DNA of 28,526 bases from an uncultured Verrucomicrobiae bacterium (GTDB lineage Bacteria > Chlamydiota > Chlamydiia > Chlamydiales > Rhabdochlamydiaceae). Below, one piece after another: positions 9,506-17,675 of the stretch. The notes under the pieces were generated by a model that ran no database searches, was not told the origin of the DNA, and saw nothing but the letters and a program-made list of their open reading frames with translations. The DNA lies in contig CAWEXY010000004.1 of the NCBI GenBank assembly GCA_963813135.1, positions 1-28,526 of the forward strand, given 5' to 3'. Positions within the stretch are counted from its first letter, which is position 1; each line of letters starts with the position of its first letter. A program made the translations under genes and the position numbers.

Positions 9506-10675
9506 ATGCAACTGCTGCCCCTCTACTTAGGTTTTAGAATCCGATTATTTTTGATCGTCCTTATTTGCCTACTACAACTGCCTCTTATCGCATCTCTTGA
9601 ACCAAAGCTTTTTTATCAAAAATTGAGGGAACCGACCCCTCAATGGATGACCGAACAAATTGAAAAGGACTTGGCCCCTTTTCAAAAAGAACTGAGCCAG
9701 AAATATCTCGACGAGCTTTGGGCAAAATTCAACGAAGATTTTTATTTTATCAGGGTGCGGGTTGCGCAAGGCCAATTAACCTTTGAAAAAAGCAAGTTCG
9801 CCGTGAATTATAAAATGACAAAGCCAATGATTGGCGCTCTGACGGAGCTTCATGCGCTAACACCTTTACCTGACATGGATTTCATTTTTACACTTCATGA
9901 TGTATCACTTACCAAATATAGCTCTCTGTTGAATGCAGACTACCCCTCCGGCCCTCCCGGACCCATTTTTGCGATTACCAAAAATAAATTGGAGTCCGGG
10001 ATAATCATCATGCCTGATTGGTATGCTCTGCATGAATTCCATCCCGATAAAACTAAAATCCTCGAGGGGAGGCGGCTCATGCTTTCATCTTGGGAATCGA
10101 AATACCCTATCTTATTTTTTAGGGGAGGCGATAGTGGAGTTTTCGATCGCATGAATTGGAGAAATTGCGCTCGGCCCAAACTGGTTGCCCTCTCCTTGCA
10201 ACACCCCGATTTGATCGACGCTAAATTCAACTATTTCCTTCCTTATGAAGATGATCCATCCATCCGAAATCAGATGGTACGAGAGGGAATGCTGGGCAGG
10301 CATGTTCCAATCGAATACTTTCCTCGTTTCCGCTATTTGATGGATGTCGATGGACACTCGGCTAACACTCCCAGAGTTGCCTTATGCCTTTATTCTGGCT
10401 CGGTGTTGTTCAAGCAAACCTCAAATAATACTCTTTGGTTTTTTACAAAATTAAAACCTTATGTCCATTTTATTCCCGTTGCTGAAGATTTATCGGATAT
10501 TTTTACTCAAATAGAATGGGCCAAAAACCATGATGAGGAATGCAAAAAAATAGCACTGAATGCCTTCCAAGTCGCCGAAGAAACCCTGAGGTCCGAAAAT
10601 GTTTATCTGTATCTCTATCGGCTTCTAGAGGCCTATTCAAAGAAACAAAAAGACTATTACAATTTAACCGATTAG
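9506..10675 (+). CDS. Glycosyltransferase family 90 (CAP10/Rumi-POGLUT-like) with N-terminal hydrophobic signal/anchor
   Basis: Motifs LPDMDF, IMPD, FFRGGDSG, YLMDVDGHS, GSVLFKQ and LKPYVHFIPV..DLSD. ATG at 9506 preceded by GGAG. Confidence 0.85.
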   Translation: MQLLPLYLGFRIRLFLIVLICLLQLPLIASLEPKLFYQKLREPTPQWMTEQIEKDLAPFQKELSQKYLDELWAKFNEDFYFIRVRVAQGQLTFEKSKFAVNYKMTKPMIGALTELHALTPLPDMDFIFTLHDVSLTKYSSLLNADYPSGPPGPIFAITKNKLESGIIIMPDWYALHEFHPDKTKILEGRRLMLSSWESKYPILFFRGGDSGVFDRMNWRNCARPKLVALSLQHPDLIDAKFNYFLPYEDDPSIRNQMVREGMLGRHVPIEYFPRFRYLMDVDGHSANTPRVALCLYSGSVLFKQTSNNTLWFFTKLKPYVHFIPVAEDLSDIFTQIEWAKNHDEECKKIALNAFQVAEETLRSENVYLYLYRLLEAYSKKQKDYYNLTD

Positions 10676-10686
10676 GCAGCCTACAA

Positions 10687-12447
10687 ATGCTAACTTTTTC
10701 GAAAAGCAAGTTACTGATAGCTCTTTTGTATTGCCTGCCTATCGAAGGTCGAAGCTTGATCGAAGAGACCCCTTACCCAGCGTTTTGTCAACAAGCCGCT
10801 GATCACGAGGCGGCTTTTGCACACTTCAAACGCGAGGCTATTTATCAAGCTGTTTCGGAAACCGTCAAATATCAGACCGGCGCTGAATATTTAGACCTCA
10901 TTCTTCTCAAGGATCCCAATTTTGCTAGTTTATTTGATAAATTTCGGGAGAACGACTCAATAGGCGACCCAATAACCTACAATTACGGGAATTATGGCTG
11001 GTTCTCTCCAACGACATTGCGCTACATAAAAATTGCCTGCGAGTTAAAGCAAAAGTTCGGCGACTTAAGTCAAATGCATATCGTTGAAATCGGAGGCGGA
11101 TATGGGGGGTTGTGCAAGATCTTGCATGACTTGGGAGGATTTGCTAGTTATACAATCATAGATCTTCCGGAATGTAATGCCCTAGCAAAGAAACATCTGG
11201 CATTACTAGGCATCGAAAATGTCCATTTTATTGACAATAATAATCTTGCCCAAGCACAGCCTTACGATCTTGTAATTAGCAATTATATATTTTCTCAATT
11301 TGATCGAATGGGACAGCAGGCATTTATTGAGCGTGTCATTAAAGATACCCCGAATGGGTATTTGACCATGAATTTTATATCCCAGCATTTACAATCTCTT
11401 TCTATAGAGGAAATGATTCGAGTCCTTTATCAAAATAAGAAGACAGGAGTCGTCGAAAAAGAGCATCCCAATACGCACGCTGATAATGTTTTAATCACAT
11501 GGAAGCAGGGCTCTTCACTCCAAACCCTGAAGGAAAGAAATATTCCCCGCCCTACCACTGGTTTCCAAAGTGGAAATGGGATTACCTATAGCTTAAGCGG
11601 AGGACGCCTCGGGGATAATTTGCTTGCCTATCTCCATGCAAGATGGTTCGCTTTCAAATACAATATTCCGTTATATTACATTCCTTTTCCTTATTCTGAT
11701 CAGTTTCTTCTTTCTGAATTAGACCAGCCTTTGAATTCAGCTTTTCATTTTAAAAACACTATCCATATCGCTAGCGACAGCAACGAACTAGCAGTCCCTA
11801 ATTCATCTTTGTTTATCCTTCCCTACTATGCTGAATATCGATTTGAATACGATAGAACGCGGTTCTATTGGCTGCCTTTTTTCCAGATCGACTGGCAGGA
11901 TCCGGCATTTCGCGCCGAAGTTAAACGCTGTTTAACTCCAAAAGCGCCCATCGCAACCATAAATTTGCCTAAAGATCGGATAACGGTGGGCGTACACATC
12001 CGTAAAGGAGGAGGCTTCGACGGAGCAAATTCTTTTAAACGCTACCCTCTCAAATTCCCCTTTGATAACTATTATATTCAGCAAATCAAAAGAATTGCTC
12101 AAATTTTTCATGACAAGCCGCTTTACATTTATATACTAACCGATGACTTTGACCCTGCGAGACTCGCCCGACGCTATGCAATTGCGATAAATAATCGCAA
12201 CATTCACTTCGGTTACCGAAAAGGAAACAATGGACCCACTATCAATGTTTTGGAGGATTTTTTCTTAATCCCAAAATTTGACTGCTTGGTAATTAGTCAG
12301 TCTAATTTCTCCGTTGTCGCCTCTAAGCTCGCTGATTACGCCGTTACGATCACTCCACTTCACGCTACTTTTGTGGGCGATCGACCCGTCATCGATGAGG
12401 TCGAATTTTGTTTCAACGGTAATTACGCCATCGGAACCAAAAACTAG
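10687..12447 (+). CDS. Fusion of a putative sugar O-methyltransferase and a GT11-like (alpha-1,2-fucosyltransferase-like) domain
   Basis: N-terminal domain has IVEIGGGYGGLC, YTIIDLPE and DLVISNY. C-terminal domain has GGRLGDNLLAY, VGVHIRKGG, ILTDD and DCLVISQSNFS. Start taken at the ATG at 10687, after the upstream stop. Confidence 0.75.
   Translation: MLTFSKSKLLIALLYCLPIEGRSLIEETPYPAFCQQAADHEAAFAHFKREAIYQAVSETVKYQTGAEYLDLILLKDPNFASLFDKFRENDSIGDPITYNYGNYGWFSPTTLRYIKIACELKQKFGDLSQMHIVEIGGGYGGLCKILHDLGGFASYTIIDLPECNALAKKHLALLGIENVHFIDNNNLAQAQPYDLVISNYIFSQFDRMGQQAFIERVIKDTPNGYLTMNFISQHLQSLSIEEMIRVLYQNKKTGVVEKEHPNTHADNVLITWKQGSSLQTLKERNIPRPTTGFQSGNGITYSLSGGRLGDNLLAYLHARWFAFKYNIPLYYIPFPYSDQFLLSELDQPLNSAFHFKNTIHIASDSNELAVPNSSLFILPYYAEYRFEYDRTRFYWLPFFQIDWQDPAFRAEVKRCLTPKAPIATINLPKDRITVGVHIRKGGGFDGANSFKRYPLKFPFDNYYIQQIKRIAQIFHDKPLYIYILTDDFDPARLARRYAIAINNRNIHFGYRKGNNGPTINVLEDFFLIPKFDCLVISQSNFSVVASKLADYAVTITPLHATFVGDRPVIDEVEFCFNGNYAIGTKN
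11363..11392 (+). repeat. 30-bp perfect inverted repeat, copy 1 (partner 12616..12645)
   Basis: TGACCATGAATTTTATATCCCAGCATTTAC; exact reverse complement at 12616-12645. Confidence 0.9.
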
Positions 12448-12493
12448 CTTGGGGAGGAAAGCAATTAAGAAGCCTTGGGACAAGTCAATCGCG

Positions 12494-13336
12494 TTAAATA
12501 GACTTCCACGTAAGAATTCGATTATCGGGATGAGTGAGAGGATATTCTTTTACCACTGAACCTTGCTTTTTATTTTGATAGAGAATTTGAAGGAGTTCTT
12601 CTAAAGGGATAGAGCGTAAATGCTGGGATATAAAATTCATGGTCATGTACCCGTTAGGGGTACATTTAATAACATAATCTATATATCCTTGCTGCTCTTC
12701 TCTGTCGATTTCAGAAAAGGCATAATTGCTGATTACAAGATCGTATGATCCTAAGTTTGAAAGGTTTTTGTTATCAACAAAATGAACATTTTTTACGCCC
12801 ATTAAGGATAAATATTTTCGCGCCAAAGCATTGCATTCAGGCAGATCTATAATTGTGTAGGTGGCAAACCCCTTCAAGTCATTCAAAATCTTACATAATC
12901 CCCCGTATCCACCTCCAATTTCGACAATATGCATTTGGCTTAAGTCCCGGAACTGTTGCTTTAAATCGCAAGCAGTTTTTATATAACGTAAATTTGTTGG
13001 AGAAAACCAACCAAACCTTCCATAATTATAAATAACAGGGTCACCAACAGCATCGTTTTCACGGAATTTATCAAATAAAGTAACCAGGCTGGGCTCTTTC
13101 CGAAGTATTACATACAAATATTCGCCTCCAGATTCGCGACTTACCGTTTCAACAATGCCTTGATATGTAGGGCTTCTCTTGAAATGTGCAAACGTTTCGT
13201 CATTATCTGCTGCTTGCTGACAAAATGTTGGATAATAGGTGGCTCCTGATAGACTCGCTGCTACTAAAAAAGACCCCCATAAAATCAGGTAGCAATAAAA
13301 TATACCGATCGCAGTTTTTTTATAATTTGTCAGCAC
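12494..13336 (-). CDS. Putative sugar O-methyltransferase, stand-alone paralog of the N-terminal domain of 10687..12447
   Basis: Colinear with the fusion protein (FDKFREND, GWFSPT, DLSQMHIVEIGGGYGGLCKIL, TMNFISQHL). GTG start preceded by GGAG; hydrophobic N-terminus. Confidence 0.85.
   Translation of the reverse strand: MLTNYKKTAIGIFYCYLILWGSFLVAASLSGATYYPTFCQQAADNDETFAHFKRSPTYQGIVETVSRESGGEYLYVILRKEPSLVTLFDKFRENDAVGDPVIYNYGRFGWFSPTNLRYIKTACDLKQQFRDLSQMHIVEIGGGYGGLCKILNDLKGFATYTIIDLPECNALARKYLSLMGVKNVHFVDNKNLSNLGSYDLVISNYAFSEIDREEQQGYIDYVIKCTPNGYMTMNFISQHLRSIPLEELLQILYQNKKQGSVVKEYPLTHPDNRILTWKSI
12616..12645 (-). repeat. 30-bp perfect inverted repeat, copy 2 (partner 11363..11392)
   Basis: + strand reads GTAAATGCTGGGATATAAAATTCATGGTCA. 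Confidence 0.9.
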
Positions 13337-13380
13337 ACCATCTCCGCTCTTTTCTTAAAGTTGTGTAGTAACCTTATATG

Positions 13381-13974
13381 TCATCTTTGAATTTTTGCCA
13401 CTAGGACATCATTACGGCAATATCCATCTTCGTAAGAAATTTGGTAGTCTGGATTGATTTCTAAGATTTTAGCGATGACATCATCCAATTTAACAAAGTC
13501 GAATTCAGCCGTCCCAAACAGCCGCACGTCATCGATCAACAACGTATGGGTTTTAATGGAGTGTTGTCGAATGTTTTCTAATTCGGCCATAAGGGGGGTG
13601 TTGGTATTTCCTTTGCCTGTGCCCGGCCCAGAAAAGTGGCCATCCAGCCAAAAAGTTGCTGGAGCGTCTATCTCTTTCAAAATAATCGGCAATACATCGG
13701 AAGAATCCCCTAGATAAAGTTTGACGGAGGGGTTTGAAGCAAACAGGCGGCTGCACTTTTTGTAAAAAGCGGGAAATAGCTCTATCGAATATATCGTCTG
13801 AAAACGGCCGGTATTCAAAGCCATACGAATGCCGTCTCCCTGATAACTTCCCGTTTCTATGAAATATTTATTGGGGAATTTTGCAAAAACAGCCTGGCTT
13901 GTATGAGCTTCTGCGGATTGAAAAAACAAGATGGCGACAGTAAACAAAATGGAAAAAACAGAATATCCTCTCAC
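13381..13974 (-). CDS. SAM-dependent methyltransferase-like protein with Sec-type signal peptide
   Basis: Motifs FIETGSYQGDG, YSIEL, LGDS, FWLDGHFSG and LIDDVRLF. N-terminus VFSILFTVAILFFQSAEA ends in an AxA site. GTG start with GGAG. Confidence 0.7.
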   Translation of the reverse strand: MRGYSVFSILFTVAILFFQSAEAHTSQAVFAKFPNKYFIETGSYQGDGIRMALNTGRFQTIYSIELFPAFYKKCSRLFASNPSVKLYLGDSSDVLPIILKEIDAPATFWLDGHFSGPGTGKGNTNTPLMAELENIRQHSIKTHTLLIDDVRLFGTAEFDFVKLDDVIAKILEINPDYQISYEDGYCRNDVLVAKIQR

Positions 13975-14073
13975 AAAAATCTCCTATTCAAAATTTTGAC
14001 GATCGTCTTAAAGATATTGAAATCGTGTCTTTGGGTCAATTATTTACTGAACTCCAGACTCAACAAAAAAATG

Positions 14074-14102
14074 TTGCCTCAAGAACCGCTTTTCACTAAA
14101 TT
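14074..14102 (+). promoter_or_regulatory. Putative sigma70/sigma66-type promoter, possibly giving a leaderless mRNA
   Basis: TTGCCT-N17-TAAATT ends 6 nt before the ATG at 14109; no SD is visible. Confidence 0.4.
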
Positions 14103-14108
14103 AAAACC

Positions 14109-14777
14109 ATGCGGCGAATTTTCTTGATCAGCCTGCTTTTTCTGCATAAGGCTTTGCTTTTTGGACAAGGCGATGCAGAAAAAGTATTTAGCCAAATCTA
14201 TCAGCAGGGAGCCTGGGGCAAAGATCATTTAGGACAGGGGACCTCAGGCCCTGGGTCTACACTTAAAGAAGGCAGGCCCTTCATCAAATACGTGCAGGAC
14301 TTTTTACGTTCTTTTGATGTTCGGTCTATTGTCGATTTAGGCTGCGGGGATTGGGCGCTTGCGAGAGAGATCGATTGGTCCCATCGAAATTACTTAGGGA
14401 TAGACGTTGTTCCTAGTGTAATTGCAAAAAATCAAGCTTTATATGCTTCGGATAACATTAAGTTTCTTCATTTGGATGGTTCGGTCGAAGCTCTACCAAG
14501 TGCAGATCTTTTAATATGTAAAGACGTTTTACAACACTTGCCTCTTTCTAAAATTTTCCAGATCCTATTTCAAATACAAAAATTCAAATACGTTATATTT
14601 GTGAATGGGTTTAGCCAAGGAGACCTCGCGGTAAATGGGGATATTCCGATAGGCAGTTACCGCCCTTTAGATCTTTCAAAGCCTCCATTCAATTTAACAG
14701 CGCAAGACAAAAGCAACTATCTCTCTGGGCAAGAGATAAAGCAGATTTTCCTCATCGTCAACCCAAACATTTTATGA
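14109..14777 (+). CDS. Class I SAM-dependent methyltransferase with signal-like N-terminus
   Basis: Motifs WG...SGPGS, IVDLGCGD, LGIDVV and DLLICKDVLQHL. Confidence 0.85.
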   Translation: MRRIFLISLLFLHKALLFGQGDAEKVFSQIYQQGAWGKDHLGQGTSGPGSTLKEGRPFIKYVQDFLRSFDVRSIVDLGCGDWALAREIDWSHRNYLGIDVVPSVIAKNQALYASDNIKFLHLDGSVEALPSADLLICKDVLQHLPLSKIFQILFQIQKFKYVIFVNGFSQGDLAVNGDIPIGSYRPLDLSKPPFNLTAQDKSNYLSGQEIKQIFLIVNPNIL

Positions 14778-15955
14778 AAAGATTTGTACTGGCTGCGATC
14801 TTATTTTTAAACGTCATTTCAACGGTTACCGCCGAAGAAGAATTAGCGCCCAAAAAACACCTGCGCTTTTTTACTCTTGACTACCATAGTTCAGCGACGG
14901 CTGATGTGATGAATATTTTCGAAGCGCTGGGGCATGAAGTCGTGTATTGGTCCATCTCCCCCTATTCCCAACGAATATTCGGACATGACAACCATCCCGT
15001 TGAAATACTCAATCATGGTACATGGATTAACTTAAACACAGAGATGTGCAATCGCTTTTATGAAAGATATCGTGATTTTTTAAGTCAGTTTGACGGGTTC
15101 ATCGTCACCGCATTTTCGTCATTTGCGCTTGTATTTGAAAAATTCGACAAGCCAATTATTATAGTTAACTCATCTCGATATGAGATGCCTTTTACAGACA
15201 AGCCGGATTACTGGAATTTATTAAATCGCTTCCTAATTGATGGCGTAAATAGAAACAAAGTATTCGTCGTTGCAAATAACATCGGCGACGTAGAATATTT
15301 AAAACGTTATACCGGCATTGAAAGTGAATTTATCCCAAGCCTTTGTCTTTACACAAAGGCAGAATATACAGGAAAAATGAATGGGTTCATATTTCATAAT
15401 CCTAGATGCGCTCCCTTCATAAATGAAGCCGAATCTTTCTTAAGCCGGTTTGGATTAATCATGCCCTATCCCTATAATCACAAATCATTCCAAACTATGT
15501 GCGACTATAAAGGCATAATCCATATTCCTTACCAAATAAGCATCATGTCGTTGTTTGAACAATATAGCGCCAATATACCCCTGTTTTTCCCTACAAAAAA
15601 TCTTCTGTTCTCGATGTGGGGCCGCCGGCCTTCTGAGGTTTTGAACGAAATTTCCGCTTTTAAAATTTTTAATTCCAGGCCGCCGCCCACTATCGAGGGA
15701 GACCTTAATAATCTGAAAGATCCGAATGTTATAAAATTCTGGATCGATACCGCTGATTTCTATGACCAAGAAAATATGCCGCATATTCAATATTTCCACT
15801 CTTACAAACATTTGGAAGAATTGCTTCGAACGGTTGATACCCAAGAAATAAGCAGAAAAATGAAAGAGCATAACGTGCAAAAGAAAAAAATGGTGTTTGA
15901 GAAGTGGAAGCAGCTCTTGGAGAAGATCGCATTGGAGTGTAACAAAGAAGATTAA
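14774..15955 (+). CDS. Hypothetical protein, probable GT-B-like glycosyltransferase with signal peptide; paralog of 7836..9017
   Basis: N-terminus MKRFVLAAILFLNVISTVTA; motifs KPIIIVNSSRYE and KGIIHIPYQISIMSLFE..ANIPLFFP. 4-nt overlap with the upstream gene. Confidence 0.6.
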   Translation: MKRFVLAAILFLNVISTVTAEEELAPKKHLRFFTLDYHSSATADVMNIFEALGHEVVYWSISPYSQRIFGHDNHPVEILNHGTWINLNTEMCNRFYERYRDFLSQFDGFIVTAFSSFALVFEKFDKPIIIVNSSRYEMPFTDKPDYWNLLNRFLIDGVNRNKVFVVANNIGDVEYLKRYTGIESEFIPSLCLYTKAEYTGKMNGFIFHNPRCAPFINEAESFLSRFGLIMPYPYNHKSFQTMCDYKGIIHIPYQISIMSLFEQYSANIPLFFPTKNLLFSMWGRRPSEVLNEISAFKIFNSRPPPTIEGDLNNLKDPNVIKFWIDTADFYDQENMPHIQYFHSYKHLEELLRTVDTQEISRKMKEHNVQKKKMVFEKWKQLLEKIALECNKED

Positions 15956-16971
15956 AGATGGTTCTCTTCAAGGAGTGTTGTGAGATCGGCATCGATTTCT
16001 TTGATCTTGGAATCATAGGCGTCGGTCTCTTCCCTCATTGCTCGCGCGAAGAGCTGAAATTTACGGGAATTGAGTGAAATCCATGACACTAAATAATCGC
16101 GATGCCGTGCTTTGTCTTTCGAAAGGTTGAATCCGTTGGCTTGATCGGCAAACTGCTTCATCTTGTCCCACTCCGGAAGGATATTCGACTCAAAAAAGGA
16201 AAGCGTCCCTTCTATAGGAATCTGTTCATGCATCGTTGCGATTTTATCCTGCATCGTATCGAATTCTAGAACCCACTCGTCGAATCGAACAGCATCCGTT
16301 TTTTTCATCGCGCTTAGGGCCGTTGCCGTAGAGGCCGCCGTAATCAAACCTATTAGAAGGATCGTCGCGCGTTTGATGAGGGGCTTTTGTAAGGATAAGG
16401 AAGGATACAGACTAAACCCTAAAAGAAAACCGCTGAAAAGCCCTCCTAGGTGGGCTGCCACATTGACGTTAGAATCCCTCATACCATACATTATATTTAC
16501 GGCGAGGAACCCAATAAGCTTTTTAAGATTAGAATCTCTCCTTTCTTCGGAAAACAGCTCTGTGTTGAGAAGCGCGAATAGGGCCCCGATGATGCCGAAA
16601 ATCGCCCCCGATGCTCCCGCTTCGACCGTATAAGAATGCAAATGCGCAAACTGGCTGGCGAGCCCCCCAAAAATCCCCGAGGCTAAATAGACTGCCGCAA
16701 ATCGGGCTTTTCCGATCAGCGGCTCAAGAGTAGATCCTATGTCAAATAAGATGTAGAGGTTCATCCCAAGATGGATGATCCCAAAATGGACAAACATGGA
16801 AGTAAATAGACGCCAGGACTCGCCATGCAACATGGATTGTGTATTACATCCGCCCCAATGCAGAACTTGCTCGGTCGTCGGCGCAAAAAAAGAAACGCCG
16901 GAGCAAAGCATTAACACATAGACGATTAAATTAGCGGCGATGAGCAGAAGCGTGATGCGCATGTTGTTCAT
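15952..16971 (-). CDS. Rhomboid-family intramembrane serine protease with C-terminal soluble extension
   Basis: WR motif (SWRLFT), HFGIIHLGMN, catalytic GASG and AAHLGG. ATG at 16971 overlaps the upstream TGA. Confidence 0.92.
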   Translation of the reverse strand: MNNMRITLLLIAANLIVYVLMLCSGVSFFAPTTEQVLHWGGCNTQSMLHGESWRLFTSMFVHFGIIHLGMNLYILFDIGSTLEPLIGKARFAAVYLASGIFGGLASQFAHLHSYTVEAGASGAIFGIIGALFALLNTELFSEERRDSNLKKLIGFLAVNIMYGMRDSNVNVAAHLGGLFSGFLLGFSLYPSLSLQKPLIKRATILLIGLITAASTATALSAMKKTDAVRFDEWVLEFDTMQDKIATMHEQIPIEGTLSFFESNILPEWDKMKQFADQANGFNLSKDKARHRDYLVSWISLNSRKFQLFARAMREETDAYDSKIKEIDADLTTLLEENHL

Positions 16972-17675
16972 AAAAGCCTTCGAAGAAGATGCCATCTGAG
17001 GCACGTTTGCTGAGAAGCAAATGTGCGGATCTCTTCGATGGATAGTTTAGAGAAAAGCGCCATTTCTTTGTCGGTCAAACCAGCAGCTAGGCGCAGGCCG
17101 ACTTTGTTCAAGCACTTTTTAAAAATCCTCCGCTCGATGCAGAGGCGTGCGGCAAAGAAAGTAAAAAAGGGAAGGCTCCAAAGGGGCTCAAAAATTCCTA
17201 GGGCAAGGGCCAGTAAAAATATAATGGACTCTTTGGAAGATCGAAAAAGCGGCCCGCAGAAGCGCCTCCATTTCTTGGGCGACGTTGCGTATGCCAGATG
17301 CTCTTCAAACCTTGGCTCATGGAACATGCAGCGGAGGACATGGACGGCTTCGTGAGTTAAAACTTCGATGGGCTTGTAACCCCAGCTTTTGAGTTCGATG
17401 GCAGCTGCGCCCTCTTCGGAGATCCACGTAGCTCCCCCCTCCCAAAAGAAGAGGCGTTTGGCCTTATTGACGGGAACCCAATCGATAGCAAAGCCCAGCA
17501 AGGGCTGAAGAATGACGTTCGCTTCGTGCCAATGGGATGCATAGGACGGCGCAGCTCTTTGAATACGCTTCTCAAAAGCTTCTGCCGTCTCTTGCGGCCC
17601 CGGAAGAAGCCCGCGGCTAAGCGCGGCGCAGAGACTTTCGGTACTTAAGGAACAGGAGTGTAAATCCGATGACAT
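16968..17675 (-). CDS. Conserved hypothetical membrane protein with HExxH zinc-peptidase-like motif (resembles, from memory, the chlamydial CT642-type gene near topA)
   Basis: GLLPGP, THEAVH followed by FEEHLAY, WRRFCGPLFR and a hydrophobic hairpin. Start uncertain (59-nt overlap with the upstream gene). Confidence 0.65.
   Translation of the reverse strand: MSSDLHSCSLSTESLCAALSRGLLPGPQETAEAFEKRIQRAAPSYASHWHEANVILQPLLGFAIDWVPVNKAKRLFFWEGGATWISEEGAAAIELKSWGYKPIEVLTHEAVHVLRCMFHEPRFEEHLAYATSPKKWRRFCGPLFRSSKESIIFLLALALGIFEPLWSLPFFTFFAARLCIERRIFKKCLNKVGLRLAAGLTDKEMALFSKLSIEEIRTFASQQTCLRWHLLRRLL

Noticed and set aside
10540..10686. N-terminal extension of the MT::GT11 ORF in the ORF track
   Set aside because: Overlaps GT90 by 136 nt; the ATG at 10687 gives a signal-like start comparable to the paralog.
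12448..12493. Expected bidirectional terminator between the convergent methyltransferase genes
   Set aside because: No clear GC-rich hairpin with a U-tract is visible.
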